A stretch of DNA of 64,000 nucleotides from Acidobacteriota bacterium (GCA_040755995.1 JBFMAF010000038.1:1593-65592), one strand, 5' to 3'; shown: positions 36,900 through 47,400, counted from the stretch's first letter. Program-made: numbers and translations. Notes: generated from the sequence alone by a model not told the origin.

Positions 36900-37487
36900 C
36901 TAAGCCGTCGTGTCCTTGCTCATTTCGGAAGCGACCTGTTGTCCTTCCTTGAACATCTTCGCGTAGTGTTCGCGGACAGCAGCCGGGTCGAAATTGAGGA
37001 ACGTGCCTCCCGCCTCGAAGTGTTGAACGAACACCTTCCCGAGAGCATAGGTGCTGGCCGCGGCCATGACGGGCATCGTCAGCGAGCCAGCCAGGGGGCC
37101 CAGGATTGGAATGGCCTTCACGAGGCTGCCGAATGTCCCCCACGCGAGCGTGCTTGATCCGAAACCGCAGACGAGAGATCCGATGATGGACTTCCCGAGG
37201 TTGTCCTTGAATTCGAAACCGTAGAGGCGCGAAAGCGAATGGAGCAACTTTAGCTGAACGCCGGTGATTGCGGCCACATCGACGAGTGGGGCCGGGATGA
37301 TCCCAGCTACCAGTGACCCCACCATGAACTTGTTAACGATTCTCTGGGCCTGCAACTCCTTTGTTTCCATGGCGCTTGGGCCGGTTGGCGTCTCCTGCTT
37401 CTGTTCCTCCGGGGCTCCCTCCAGTGGTTTCGTGGCTTCTTTCCTCATAGAGCTACCTCCAGTGGTTGAGGACAGCGAGATCTTCAT
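36900..37487 (-). CDS. DUF697-like protein, inverted paralog of 29635-30183 (start possibly at internal MRKEATKPLEG)
   Basis: About 78% identity over 150 aa to the + strand copy. Confidence 0.55.
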   Translation of the reverse strand: MKISLSSTTGGSSMRKEATKPLEGAPEEQKQETPTGPSAMETKELQAQRIVNKFMVGSLVAGIIPAPLVDVAAITGVQLKLLHSLSRLYGFEFKDNLGKSIIGSLVCGFGSSTLAWGTFGSLVKAIPILGPLAGSLTMPVMAAASTYALGKVFVQHFEAGGTFLNFDPAAVREHYAKMFKEGQQVASEMSKDTTA

Positions 37488-37731
37488 AGTTTCGAGTCTA
37501 ATCCCGGTGCATAAGGACTGTCAATCGTTTTCGTGGCGTTCCGACGCCTGCTCACCGTCGATCCTGCCCGCGCTCGAAGGAAGGCGGGCCGGCGGCGAGG
37601 AGGAGCAGGAGCCCGATGATCGGCGTGAGGAAAATTGAGGCAAAGAAATAACCCCAAAATCCGAATCGCTTGTTCATGCCCAACACCGCAATGGCGATGC
37701 TCGCTATGAGATACATGAGATAGAACATGCT

Positions 37732-38982
37732 TCAATCCCCTTCGTCGGGCTGCGTTGAATCGCGAAGGACGGCCGATTGAGTCTGGCTCTCGGGCTCCCA
37801 GGGCACTGTCCGGGTCTCGGAGCCGGGCACGATCTCGAAGTGCCCGCGTTTCACCACCTTGACGAAGATCTCCCGCCCGACGGGATCGCCATACGCGGTA
37901 AAGGACATGTCTTCGCCGACCCCATGGAAAGGGCCCTCGTGGTAGAGAGTCGTGGCCACGACGAGCGGCATCGTGGAGTGAGTCCTCTCGACAGCCTGTG
38001 CATATACCGAAACGGCCTCGTACCCGAGAGACGCGGCCAGGTCCGGGTAGTGTCCGAACCTCGTTCGGAATCGCCTGCTGAATCCCATTTCGAGGTCGCT
38101 GCCGCCCGCCGTCGGATCGAAGATCGTCGGAACGTATGTCCCATCCGCCGCTGCTCCGGCGAGCCGCCAGAGGTTGGGCGAATCAATTTCGTGGCCACCC
38201 ATCAACGGCTGCGTGATTCCCATCTGGCGCGCCTGCTTGATGACCTTGGCGGCGAGGGGAAGGCTGTCCAGGACGAGCATGGCGTCCATGTCGGTGCTGC
38301 GCGCATCCGCCAGGAGCGGGCGGAAGTCCCGGCACTCGGAACCATAGGAGCTGACGAACGAGGCCTTGATGCCTTCAGGATCCCCGAAGTAGAGGAACAT
38401 GGCTGCGTAAAGGCCCTTGTAGCCGTCTCGATTGAACAGAATCCCCACCTTCTTGAACCCTGCACGGGCGGCGAACAGCGCGAGGCACCTGCAGGATTCC
38501 TGGGCAGGCGGGATCACTCTGAGCACGTGTTGGAACCTGTGTGATGTGAGGCTGGGATCGGAAGCAAAGGGAGCGATGAACAGAATTCCAAAGTACTCGT
38601 ATGTCACGGACGCAGAGATCGCGGTCTCAGAGGCTACGTGCCCGATGACGGCCATGAACCGGGGCGTCCTGCCGATCTTTTCGGCGACGTCTGCGGAGGT
38701 ATCGGGGTTCTCCTCATTGAAGTAGGTCGGGACCAGCCGGCGCCCGCCGAAAATGCCCTTCACATTGACATCGTCTACGGCGAATTGAACCCCATCGAGA
38801 AAGTGAGTTTTGTCGGCGAACGGCCAGACGATCGCAATGTCGATCGGTCCGTCAGAGGTCTCTGCCCAATCGACGCGCATTTCCGCATAGCGCTGGTACA
38901 GATTGTTCTGGCCGTAGGAGTAGTAGCCGATGGCGGCGGCCACTGCGGCAAGGATCGCGAGCATCGGGGCCGTCCTTTTCAT
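37732..38982 (-). CDS. Periplasmic substrate-binding protein, Leu/Ile/Val-binding (Peripla_BP_6) family, without adjacent permease genes
   Basis: Signal peptide. 'IAVIGHVASETAISASVTYEYFGILFIAPFASDPSLT'. Confidence 0.65.
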   Translation of the reverse strand: MKRTAPMLAILAAVAAAIGYYSYGQNNLYQRYAEMRVDWAETSDGPIDIAIVWPFADKTHFLDGVQFAVDDVNVKGIFGGRRLVPTYFNEENPDTSADVAEKIGRTPRFMAVIGHVASETAISASVTYEYFGILFIAPFASDPSLTSHRFQHVLRVIPPAQESCRCLALFAARAGFKKVGILFNRDGYKGLYAAMFLYFGDPEGIKASFVSSYGSECRDFRPLLADARSTDMDAMLVLDSLPLAAKVIKQARQMGITQPLMGGHEIDSPNLWRLAGAAADGTYVPTIFDPTAGGSDLEMGFSRRFRTRFGHYPDLAASLGYEAVSVYAQAVERTHSTMPLVVATTLYHEGPFHGVGEDMSFTAYGDPVGREIFVKVVKRGHFEIVPGSETRTVPWEPESQTQSAVLRDSTQPDEGD

Positions 38983-39211
38983 TCTCCGCGCTCCCGTCGC
39001 CTACTTCTCGCCGGAGAGGAGAACCGGCAAGGCGTAGCACGCGAGATCATTTCGATTCATTTCACCAGATGGCCACCCCGATGTCAAGAGGAACGGAGAT
39101 TGATTCAGAGCGTCATTCGGATCAAGGGCTCCTGAGGATTGTGCCATCTCGAGCTCGACCCGGGTGGTGTTCCCGTGATCGAGCCCGAGATCGGCTACCT
39201 GACGCCCCGTC

Positions 39212-40261
39212 CTACCGATCCTTCTTGGGATCGTGCTTCCGATTCTCGGCGCCTTTGGGCGCGGCCTTCTGCTTCTTCACGGCCGGTTTCGAGGCCACGT
39301 TCGAAGGCTTGCCTCCGTGCTTCGCCTCTATCTTCGTCTGAGTCGGCGCCTGGGCCCGCTGTGGCTGCGTGGGCGTCCGCACTACGCCTTCGTGACCGCC
39401 GCCACGAGAGTCCACCCGAGGCTTGGCCGTCGCGGGGGCCGACTGGTGCATCGGTCGATGCTCAGGCTCGTCCTTGCGAGGCGCGGCTGACTTCTGCACC
39501 TTGTCGTGGTCGTCGGTTCGCCGTACGACCGGAGCCGATGCGGGCTTCCGCGCAATCATGGAAGCCTGCTTCAGCACGACCGCCTCGTGGGCCTGCGGAA
39601 CGACCATCTTGACACGACGGCCGTCGACCGCCATCTCACGCTGTTTGACGGACTGAACCGGAATCGATCGGCGGGTCACGCGTTCCATCACGTCTCGCCT
39701 CGGCGCCGACGAGGTGAACTGGACCGTCTTCCGCACCAACAGGTTCTGAACGACGGCCGGCTGGGCGCTGTACGCGCCGTAGTCGTTGTATGTGAACCGG
39801 TCCGCACCGACGAACACCCAGAGGCTCGCCCGAGCTGGGCTGTAGCCGTAGGCTCGTGCGACGTGGCTGGGGCACCAACCGACGTAGCCGTCGCCATACG
39901 ACCAGACTACATCGGCGGGCTGCCATTCATAGCCCGGAACCCAGACCCACCCAAACGCATCGGTGAAGACCCAGTCACCGTAGTGGTAGACGGACCAGCC
40001 CCACGGCTCGTTGGAAACCCAGGTAGGTCCGTACGAAGTGTACACCCAGTGGCCGTAGAGATACGGTCGCCATCCAACGCGCGTCGCCGCATACGGCCGC
40101 CAGCACCTTCCACGGGACGCCACTTCGAGCCAGGTGCCGTAAGGAGCCAGCGTCTCGTGGTAGCCGAACGAGAAACTGAAGGAGACGCCGGCTGGAGCCA
40201 GGCTCCCGCTGCCGAACAGCAGAGTCGACAGCGTCAGTAGAGTTGCGATCTTGAGTTTCAT
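39212..40261 (-). CDS. Secreted hypothetical protein with Trp/Tyr/Gly-rich repeats (WxPYxxGxWVxT...) and a Lys/Ala/Pro-rich basic tail
   Basis: Signal peptide MKLKIATLLTLSTLLFGSGSLA (start moved to this Met). Repetitive aromatic-rich core. Confidence 0.45.
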   Translation of the reverse strand: MKLKIATLLTLSTLLFGSGSLAPAGVSFSFSFGYHETLAPYGTWLEVASRGRCWRPYAATRVGWRPYLYGHWVYTSYGPTWVSNEPWGWSVYHYGDWVFTDAFGWVWVPGYEWQPADVVWSYGDGYVGWCPSHVARAYGYSPARASLWVFVGADRFTYNDYGAYSAQPAVVQNLLVRKTVQFTSSAPRRDVMERVTRRSIPVQSVKQREMAVDGRRVKMVVPQAHEAVVLKQASMIARKPASAPVVRRTDDHDKVQKSAAPRKDEPEHRPMHQSAPATAKPRVDSRGGGHEGVVRTPTQPQRAQAPTQTKIEAKHGGKPSNVASKPAVKKQKAAPKGAENRKHDPKKDR

Positions 40262-40554
40262 GTCTAAAACCTCCTCGTACACCGTTCAGTCATCAGGATG
40301 TGCAAGCGAGGTGCCAGGTCGACGGTGAGCGGCTTCAAGCACTTACCCGCCGCTCGCCACTTGACGCGGCGTCCTCTGTGAAGGACAGCAGCGGCTCGGG
40401 CCCATCTAACGGACAGAGAACACAGGCCGAGCCCCCGTCCAACGGTGGGGACAGTCGCTGCTGGATTTGCCACATCCTGCGTCGTGTCGCCGTACGTCCC
40501 GGCTCATGCCGGGGCGTCGCTGTGGGCCACATCACCGCTTCGATGCGCTGCGAA

Positions 40555-40587
40555 GTGAGCAGGGTCACAGCTGCGAGGGTTGAGCCT
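40555..40587 (+). repeat. 33-bp direct repeat GTGAGCAGGGTCACAGCTGCGAGGGTTGAGCCT (copy 1)
   Basis: 32/33 identical to 42295-42327. Confidence 0.85.
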
Positions 40588-41100
40588 CAAATCCGGGAGT
40601 CATTCATGCGCTCCAGGAATCTCACGAACGGTCCAAAACACTGCGGGCATCGTTCAATGACGACTGGATACTGACCTACATGCAGTATCAACGGTGCGTC
40701 CACCGTGTCTTTGTAGCGGTCCCCATGCGCTCCGAAGAGGTCCTCGACGACGCGTTTGGGAGGTTGATTGTGATCCTGGTCTTCGACTGGGACGGTCCAT
40801 GTGATCTTGAGCTGGTTCGTCTTTAGCCGCGTCTTCAGCGACTCATGTGCTGCCAAAACGAGCGCTTCAAGATCGTGCTTGAAGCAGAACACGCGGAATC
40901 GGCTTCTGAGTCGTTCATGAGGTTGAACGCTTTTCGATGACAAGGCTTCGTCGAACAGCCGCAGCACTCCTTCTCTATAATTCCTCGGGTGTGACGTGCG
41001 GGAACACCTTGTCGCGAGGGTAGAGATCAGGCAGCGCCACCACGACGGAATCCGGATCGTTCCTTAGGATGTTAACCGCCTTCACCGGGATTTTCTTTAG
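40587..41100 (-). pseudogene. Reading-frame-discontinuous remnant downstream of the ATPase. Ends 'VVIERCPQCFGPFVRFLE'. Tentatively DUF4276-like, as known partners of AAA_21 ATPases.
   Basis: Coding continuity 'FPHVTPEEL|YREGVLRLFDEAL' needs a 1-nt frame change near 40975. Family assignment is from memory only. Confidence 0.3.
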
Positions 41101-41810
41101 GAGATCTCGCTTGTTGTCTCCCCGACTGCGCATCGGGAAGAATTCGATCGCAACGCCCTCGGCTCTCTTGCGCGCGAGGAGATCGCTGAGTACAGGGTGA
41201 TCAGCTCCGGGTTGGTCACAGTGCTCAGTGCCAGTTGGTTTGGGCGCTTGAGGGCGATCTCCTGCTTCGTGAGTTTCTTCGACTTCGCATCCTGGATGAG
41301 CCCTTTTCGTTCTCCGATGTTCAGGAAGAGGTAAGGATTCTGATCACGAGGCCGAGCAGTCTGCACGCGTTCGAACGAGACATGGGTCCGACCGACCGGT
41401 CCCATGAGCTCCCCCTGATATCTCAGCGGGTACTGCTGATGGAAGTCCATGTCGAGACTCCACCAGAATCGCTCTGCGCCGGGAACGTGAAAGATCTGCT
41501 GCCCGATGGACCCGGCAACGATCTCGGGAGGGATATCCTGGTAGATACTGTCGCGGAGGAATTTCAGAAATTCGAAGAGACTGGATTTCCCCGAGCCGTT
41601 TGCCCCCACGAGGATCTCGAGCGGTGTGAGCTCAGCCTGGAAATCCCGGAAGGGTCGATACCCCTTGATCTTCAGGGACTTGATAGTCGGCTTGCTGCTC
41701 ATGTCTGTGCTCCCTGGGCGATCATGCCTCAAAATGCCGACTGATCGGCTGACCTTCGCTATCGCCAGCTGCGTCGGAATCGAGGACCACTCGAACTTCC
41801 CTTTCGTCAA
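41097..41810 (-). pseudogene. P-loop ATPase of the AAA_21/ABC-like (AbiEii/OLD/RecF-like) kind. N-terminal half only. C-terminal half displaced into another frame.
   Basis: 'IKSLKIKGYRPFRDFQAELTPLEILVGANGSGKSSLFEFL'. No Walker B/D-loop in frame. An 'HPVL'-containing continuation appears in the -1 frame. Confidence 0.45.
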
Positions 41811-42294
41811 CGCTTCCCAGTGCCCCCTGGCCTCCCTCGGTTGCCGTTCAACCAGCGCGCTCCAGGCAGTACGCCGCGGTCTCTACCATGGCAGTGTCCA
41901 GAACTCTGGATCGGCTCGGCAAGCCGAGAGGATTGGTTTCCACGAGACACGTGGCCACGGCTGGATCGTCCGACGACAGGGTCGTGATTTGTCGCGTCTC
42001 ATTCAGCAACGCTCCCCCTTCTGGAGACGAGTTGTGCACTTGAATGAAGTGGAGACAGCATCCATGATTGCACCTAACGGCGTTCTAGACCGCATCGAGA
42101 AGAATCACCAGCAACCGAGATCTTACTCTGAACGCCGCGAAGAGTCCACCGGGTTAGGTGGTCAGGCGGTCAGTTGAGCGCCTAAGCCGCGTCATCGCCA
42201 AGCGCCTCGGAGGTCCGCCAATCACGTATCGACGCGCTTGCGGTTGGCTACAGGATCGCGCCAATTGTAGCCGAAAAGGTCCGCTACAGCGGCT

Positions 42295-42327
42295 GTGAGC
42301 AGGGTCAGAGCTGCGAGGGTTGAGCCT
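42295..42327 (+). repeat. 33-bp direct repeat (copy 2) GTGAGCAGGGTCAGAGCTGCGAGGGTTGAGCCT
   Basis: See 40555-40587. Confidence 0.85.
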
Positions 42328-42469
42328 TGACGTCGGCAACTCGGGGCACTACCTTCGAGATTGCGAGAATGTTGGAGGCAACTCTCGCAGAGAAGAGGGA
42401 ACGTTGAGGTGATCGGCAGATGGACCCGCGGGCGTTATCGGGGTCAGGTGCCTCACGCTCCAGGTTACG

Positions 42470-44109
42470 ATGGAAAGGAGAAAGACGATGAGACGAGTTA
42501 GCACGATCGGTTCGATTCTTGCCGCGCTCGTACTGGCGGCAGGGGTCGTTGCCCAAGCTGCAACCCAGGAGCCCAGCAAGGGTACGCCGCTGGAGTCTGG
42601 GAACATCGTTGCGGTCAGCTACCTGTCCAAGACGAATACCACTCTTGATCTGGTAGGGACGGCACTCTCGCCGCGGTCGAGGGGCAAGGTGGAAGTGAAG
42701 ACACACGACGACAAGCCCACGGAGGTCAAGGGGGGAAATCGAGGGGTTGCAGAGTCCCTCTCGGTTCGGTCCAGAGTACCTCACGTATGTACTGTGGGCC
42801 GTCACGCCCAACGGACAAGCGAAGAACCTAGGCGAGCTGCGGCTCGACGGCGATGAAGCCGACATCGACACTTCACTCGAATTCCAATCGTTCGGGATCG
42901 TGGTAACGCCGGAGCCCTACTTCGCCGTGATGCTTCCCAGCGGCACTGTCGTCGCTGAGAACGTCCTCCGTCCGGATACGAAGGGCAAGGTGACAGCGGT
43001 TCGTTCAACCTATGAGCTGATGCCGCGTGGCAGCTACGCAGCTGCGACCCCGGCCGAAGGCTCGGCCGGGCCCGTAGGGAACCCGAAGGATCCGTTGGAC
43101 CTCAGACAGGCTCGCAACGCCCTGCACGTTGCGCAGCTGGCCCATGCCGACCGCTACGCTTCGGAGATCTATGCGAGGGCAAAGGAGCAGCTCAACACTG
43201 CCGAGACCTACTACTCGAAGGACGTCGACAAGAAGGCCATCAGCCAGCAAGCCCGCACCGCAGTCCAGACTGCGGAGGAGGCGCGGATGGTATCGACACG
43301 CCGCATGGCCGAGGAAAAGGAGGAGATGGCCAAGCAGGCGGCAATTCAGGCGGAGGCAAGACGGCGGCAGGTTGCCGAACAGGCCAGGCTGACGGCCGAG
43401 GAACAGAAGGTGGCCGCCCAGCGGAAGCAGGCAGCCGCGGAGGTCGCGAAGGCGGATGCCGAGATGCAGGCCAGGAAGGCGCAGCAGGAGCGTGAGGCGG
43501 CAGACAGGGCCAACCAAGGACGAGGCCCTCAGGGCCGAACGCGAGGCCCAGCTCCAGAAGCTTCAGGCTGAAACCGAGGCCGTCAGGGCCAAAGCGGCCG
43601 CAGACGAAGAGGCCCGCCAGCGCTTGAAGGCCGAAACAGAACGAGCTGAGCTGCGCGCGAAGCTGCTCAGACAATTCAATGAGATCCTGCCTACGCGCGA
43701 GACCGAGCGCAGCCTGGTCGTCAACATCGGTGACGTGCTCTTCGATTTCGACCGGCACTCGCTACGCGACGAGGCCCGAGAAAAGCTCGCGCGTTTCGCG
43801 GGGATACTGCTCAACTACCCCGATTTGAAGATCCGGTGCGAGGGGCACACGGACAGCATCGGAACGGCTGAGTACAACCAGGACCTATCGGAGAAGCGAG
43901 CTCAAGCCGCTGCCGACTACCTGAACACGCTCGGCGTGGACAGATCACGCCTCTACTATGAAGGCCTCGGAGAGAACGCGCCGATCGCGAGCAACGACAG
44001 CCGATTCGGCCGGCAGAAGAACCGCCGGGTCGAGATGATCGTCTCAGGAGAAGTCATCGGCGTACCGGTGTCGAGCTCCGGCAGCGCAGCCGGCGGGGCC
44101 ATGAGGTAG
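42470..44109 (+). pseudogene. OmpA-family protein (signal peptide, Ala/Glu/Gln/Arg-rich coiled coil, C-terminal OmpA peptidoglycan-binding domain) split over three frames
   Basis: Frames join as ...PTEVKG|EIEGLQSPSRFGPEYLTYVLWAV... across a GGGGGG run at 42730-42735, and again near 43505-43520. C-terminal 'LVVNIGDVLFDFDRHSL...EGHTDSIGTAEYNQDLSEKRAQAAADYL' is OmpA_C. Could be sequencing error or a real frameshift. Confidence 0.6.
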
Positions 44110-44182
44110 GCACGGGCCCTTCGGGCTGGCCGGTCGAATTACTACGGATGTAGTAACTCGACTATCGACACGGAGCCACAAT

Positions 44183-44217
44183 CCCATCCTCCGTCCCCTC
44201 GGGGGACGGAGGATGGG
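44183..44217. terminator. Strong hairpin: 16-bp perfect stem CCCATCCTCCGTCCCC / GGGGACGGAGGATGGG with 3-nt loop, between convergent genes
   Basis: Read from sequence. Located between the OmpA-like gene end (44109) and the TPR gene end (44366). Confidence 0.5.
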
Positions 44218-44365
44218 CGCCTCCGACGTCGCGCACCCGATCAGGCCCTGACGGGCGAGCCCTCTGAGGCGATCACGGAGGCGGGATCTCGTGCAGGTTG
44301 GCAGTCGCCTCAGGCCACGGGCCTCGTGCACCCGGCGGGACTAGTCACAGAACTTCACAACCGCC

Positions 44366-46051
44366 TCATCCGCTCCTGCCTTCCAGACGCCTGAGGCTGT
44401 CGCGCGCGAAGTCGATCGAGGGGTCGATAGAGAGCGCCCGGCGGTACATTCTGACTGCCCCGTCCCTGTCACCCTTGTCGCGCATGCAGCTGCCCATGTT
44501 CGCCCAGTCGATGGCGGAGCGAGGATCGATCTCGATGGCCCTTTCGAAGCAGGCGATCGCGAGGTCATACTCCCCTCGTTTGAAGTGGCAAAACCCCGTG
44601 CAATTGTGCAGCTCTTTGCACCTGGGGTCGAGAGCGAGCGCCCTGGCGGAATACTCCAGCGCCTGCTCGAATTCCCCCAAGCTCTTATGACACTCGGCGA
44701 TGTAGAAAAGAACATGGAACAGGTCCTCCTCGGCAGGGCCGCGATCGAGTGCGGAGATCAGGTACTCCAGGCCCCTCCGTGGCTCCCCCTTCCCCATCCA
44801 GCTGAGGCCGCTGAAGAAGTCAAGCGGGCTGTCCTCCATACCGGCTGACGCCGCATCGTCGAGAGCACGCAAGGCGTCATCGAATTCCTCGATGCGATAG
44901 TGGCAGACGCCGCGATGGAACTGGGCGTCGGCTGCCATCGGGCCGGCGAGTCCGAGCTGAACGGCCTCGCTGAACCGATCCGCAGCTTCTATGTAGTCGC
45001 GCCACGCGAATTCGCAGCGCCCCATCTGATAGCGGATTTCGGCGGCCTCCGGGTCCTTCTCCCGCGCCGCCCTGAGCCATCTCATGCTCCCTTCGAGGTC
45101 CCCTTTCTCGTACGCCGCGATGCCGAGCTGGAGCAGCACCGGCGGAGAGAGACGGTCGACTGTGAAGCGGTCTGACCGCGCGGCCAGGGTCGCGATTGTT
45201 TCCGCGAGTCTTTCGCAACTCGTGGCTCCGGCCAGCAGATGTGTCTGCAGTTCATCGAGGGCGTCGCTCCGCCGGTTCAGCTCAATGGCCCGCTCGATCG
45301 TCTGCCAGGATTTCACAACGCAGTCCACACAGGCGTCTTGTGCGTCGCCCCTCCCCTCCATGACGCAATGCTCGATTCTCCCGCCCGAGTCGATAATCGT
45401 GAATCCGTCGCATGGGGGCCCGTTGGATCCGCAGGACTCCAACCAGCGATCGACAATCGCGTTCACATAGAGCGCATCGAGCGCTGATCGCGGCTGAAAG
45501 GCGCTCGACTCCATCAGGTAGACTCTCTCCCAGGGCCGCACACCCTGATCCGCGATCGGAAACTGACTGCTGATCAGGAGAGACGGCAGAAAGAAACGCT
45601 GCTGCAGGAACGTTGCGAGCCGGGCCGCGTCGCTGATGGAGGCGGGGTCGTCCACGAACAGGATCGGGAAGATGCGGAGGCGCGCGACGATGTGATGCCT
45701 GTATGCTTCCTCCTGGAACGGTGCACAGTGTGCGTGCAGCCTGGCGTACGCCTCCCGGCACGCCCTCAATGTATCCGCCCCGAAAACATGAACGGGGCGG
45801 GCGGTGATTTGAAGGAACTGCTGATCGGCCAGCATCTCTGAGACCTTCCGAATGACCTCGCGGCTCGTGCTGCCGTCGACCGGACCCGCCGGCTCGATGA
45901 GGTAGCAGGTAGCAGAGAGGTTCATGCGGTTGAGGAGTTGCGGGAGCGCATCCAGGAGCCCGTCGCGTGCCTGGTCATCGCAAAGGCAAAACAGATCGGT
46001 GATGCACTCGTTGACCCTCCCTGCGCCCACCTCTTCTGCCGGTCCGCTCAC
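44366..46051 (-). CDS. Protein with uncharacterised about 300-aa N-terminal domain and C-terminal TPR repeats
   Basis: Multiple canonical TPR motifs in the C-terminal half. Start overlaps the B12-rSAM stop by 4 nt. Confidence 0.7.
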   Translation of the reverse strand: MSGPAEEVGAGRVNECITDLFCLCDDQARDGLLDALPQLLNRMNLSATCYLIEPAGPVDGSTSREVIRKVSEMLADQQFLQITARPVHVFGADTLRACREAYARLHAHCAPFQEEAYRHHIVARLRIFPILFVDDPASISDAARLATFLQQRFFLPSLLISSQFPIADQGVRPWERVYLMESSAFQPRSALDALYVNAIVDRWLESCGSNGPPCDGFTIIDSGGRIEHCVMEGRGDAQDACVDCVVKSWQTIERAIELNRRSDALDELQTHLLAGATSCERLAETIATLAARSDRFTVDRLSPPVLLQLGIAAYEKGDLEGSMRWLRAAREKDPEAAEIRYQMGRCEFAWRDYIEAADRFSEAVQLGLAGPMAADAQFHRGVCHYRIEEFDDALRALDDAASAGMEDSPLDFFSGLSWMGKGEPRRGLEYLISALDRGPAEEDLFHVLFYIAECHKSLGEFEQALEYSARALALDPRCKELHNCTGFCHFKRGEYDLAIACFERAIEIDPRSAIDWANMGSCMRDKGDRDGAVRMYRRALSIDPSIDFARDSLRRLEGRSG

Positions 46052-47352
46052 GACACGATCCTCTTGCCGCCGTCGATCGAGGCAGCCGCCCAGAGGCTCC
46101 GGACCCTCTTGATCTCCGACTCGCTCATGCAGTCCGTGTGGTAGCGTCCCCCGGCGGAAATGTAGAGCGGTGGGGACTCCGGAGCCACGCAGATACCGAA
46201 CCGCGCAGGCTCGCGCTGCACTTCCGTGCCGAAGTACAGCTGCATCTGCTGCGCATTCGTATTCCCGCGAATCGGGACTTCGAGACTCTCAACGAAACGG
46301 AGCGTCGCCACCGCGTCCTCGAAACTTTCGCCCGGCAGGCCGTATTGGGAAAAGACCTCGACGCCGATGCCGGCGTCCTGCGTCAGCCGGACCGCCCTCT
46401 CGAACTCGCCCGAATCGATCGGCTTGCGAATCCGCTGCAGCACGTCTGGCGATGCCGATTCAAGACCATACGCTATAGTATGGACTCCCGCGTGCTTCAT
46501 CTTGTTGAGGAGGTCCGAATCGACGAGGTCGGCACGGGTCTCCAGCCAGAATTCACTATCGAGGCCTCGCCGTAGGAGACCATCCAGAAGGCCGTGGATG
46601 CGAGTTCGATCGAGGGTGAAGCTCGGATCGGCGAACCAGAAACGCCGCAGGCCCTTACGCGAGACGTACTCGATCTCGTCGAGCACGCGCTCGACGGAGT
46701 GGTACCGCGTCTTGCGGCCGAAGGCCTGGGGAGTGTAGCAGAACGCGCATCGATAGGGGCATCCCCGCGACGCCAGCAGAATCGCCTCGTCCATCCGATC
46801 GATCTCCAGGGCACCAGTGAGATAGGGCGACGGGTAGTCGTCGAGCTCCTCTTTCGAATCGACTGCGGGGCCTTCCCACGCTCCCCCGCTCGGACGCCGC
46901 CCCATCATGCATGGCGTTCCATCGATTGACTCCCCAGCACGCATCCGTTCGGCCAGCCCCATCATGGCAACCTCGCCCTCACCCCGGCAGACGAGGTCTA
47001 TGGACGGCAGTTGCCGGAGCGCCTCCGGCGGCAGAAACGTCGCCTGCGGGCCTCCGATCACAGTCGTGCAGTCCGGCAGCAGGGACTTGCAGAGGCGCCC
47101 GAGCGCCTGGACGAAGAAGATGTTTCTCTGGTAGGCGGAGAACCCCACGATGGCCGGGCGGAAGTCCAGGAGCAGCCGCCCGATCAGATTGAGGGACAGG
47201 CGCGTGTCGCTACCGATCTGGAGAATCTTCACGGAGTACCCCTGCTCCGCGAGGTAGGCCGCGATGTAGCCGAGCGAAATGGGAGTCTGTACCGGCAGGA
47301 AGGGGCTGCACTCGATGAGCAGCACCCTCGGGTGGATTGGACTGCCCATCAA
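46048..47352 (-). CDS. B12-binding-domain radical SAM protein (class B)
   Basis: N-terminal B12-binding fold ('RPAIVGFSAY..IGGPQATF'), 'ASRGCPYRCAFCYT' CxxxCxxC. Confidence 0.8.
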   Translation of the reverse strand: MMGSPIHPRVLLIECSPFLPVQTPISLGYIAAYLAEQGYSVKILQIGSDTRLSLNLIGRLLLDFRPAIVGFSAYQRNIFFVQALGRLCKSLLPDCTTVIGGPQATFLPPEALRQLPSIDLVCRGEGEVAMMGLAERMRAGESIDGTPCMMGRRPSGGAWEGPAVDSKEELDDYPSPYLTGALEIDRMDEAILLASRGCPYRCAFCYTPQAFGRKTRYHSVERVLDEIEYVSRKGLRRFWFADPSFTLDRTRIHGLLDGLLRRGLDSEFWLETRADLVDSDLLNKMKHAGVHTIAYGLESASPDVLQRIRKPIDSGEFERAVRLTQDAGIGVEVFSQYGLPGESFEDAVATLRFVESLEVPIRGNTNAQQMQLYFGTEVQREPARFGICVAPESPPLYISAGGRYHTDCMSESEIKRVRSLWAAASIDGGKRIVS

Positions 47353-47400
47353 GTCGCCCGAATCCCCGGCCCTTCTGTTTCGGCCCGCGCGAATCCCCGC

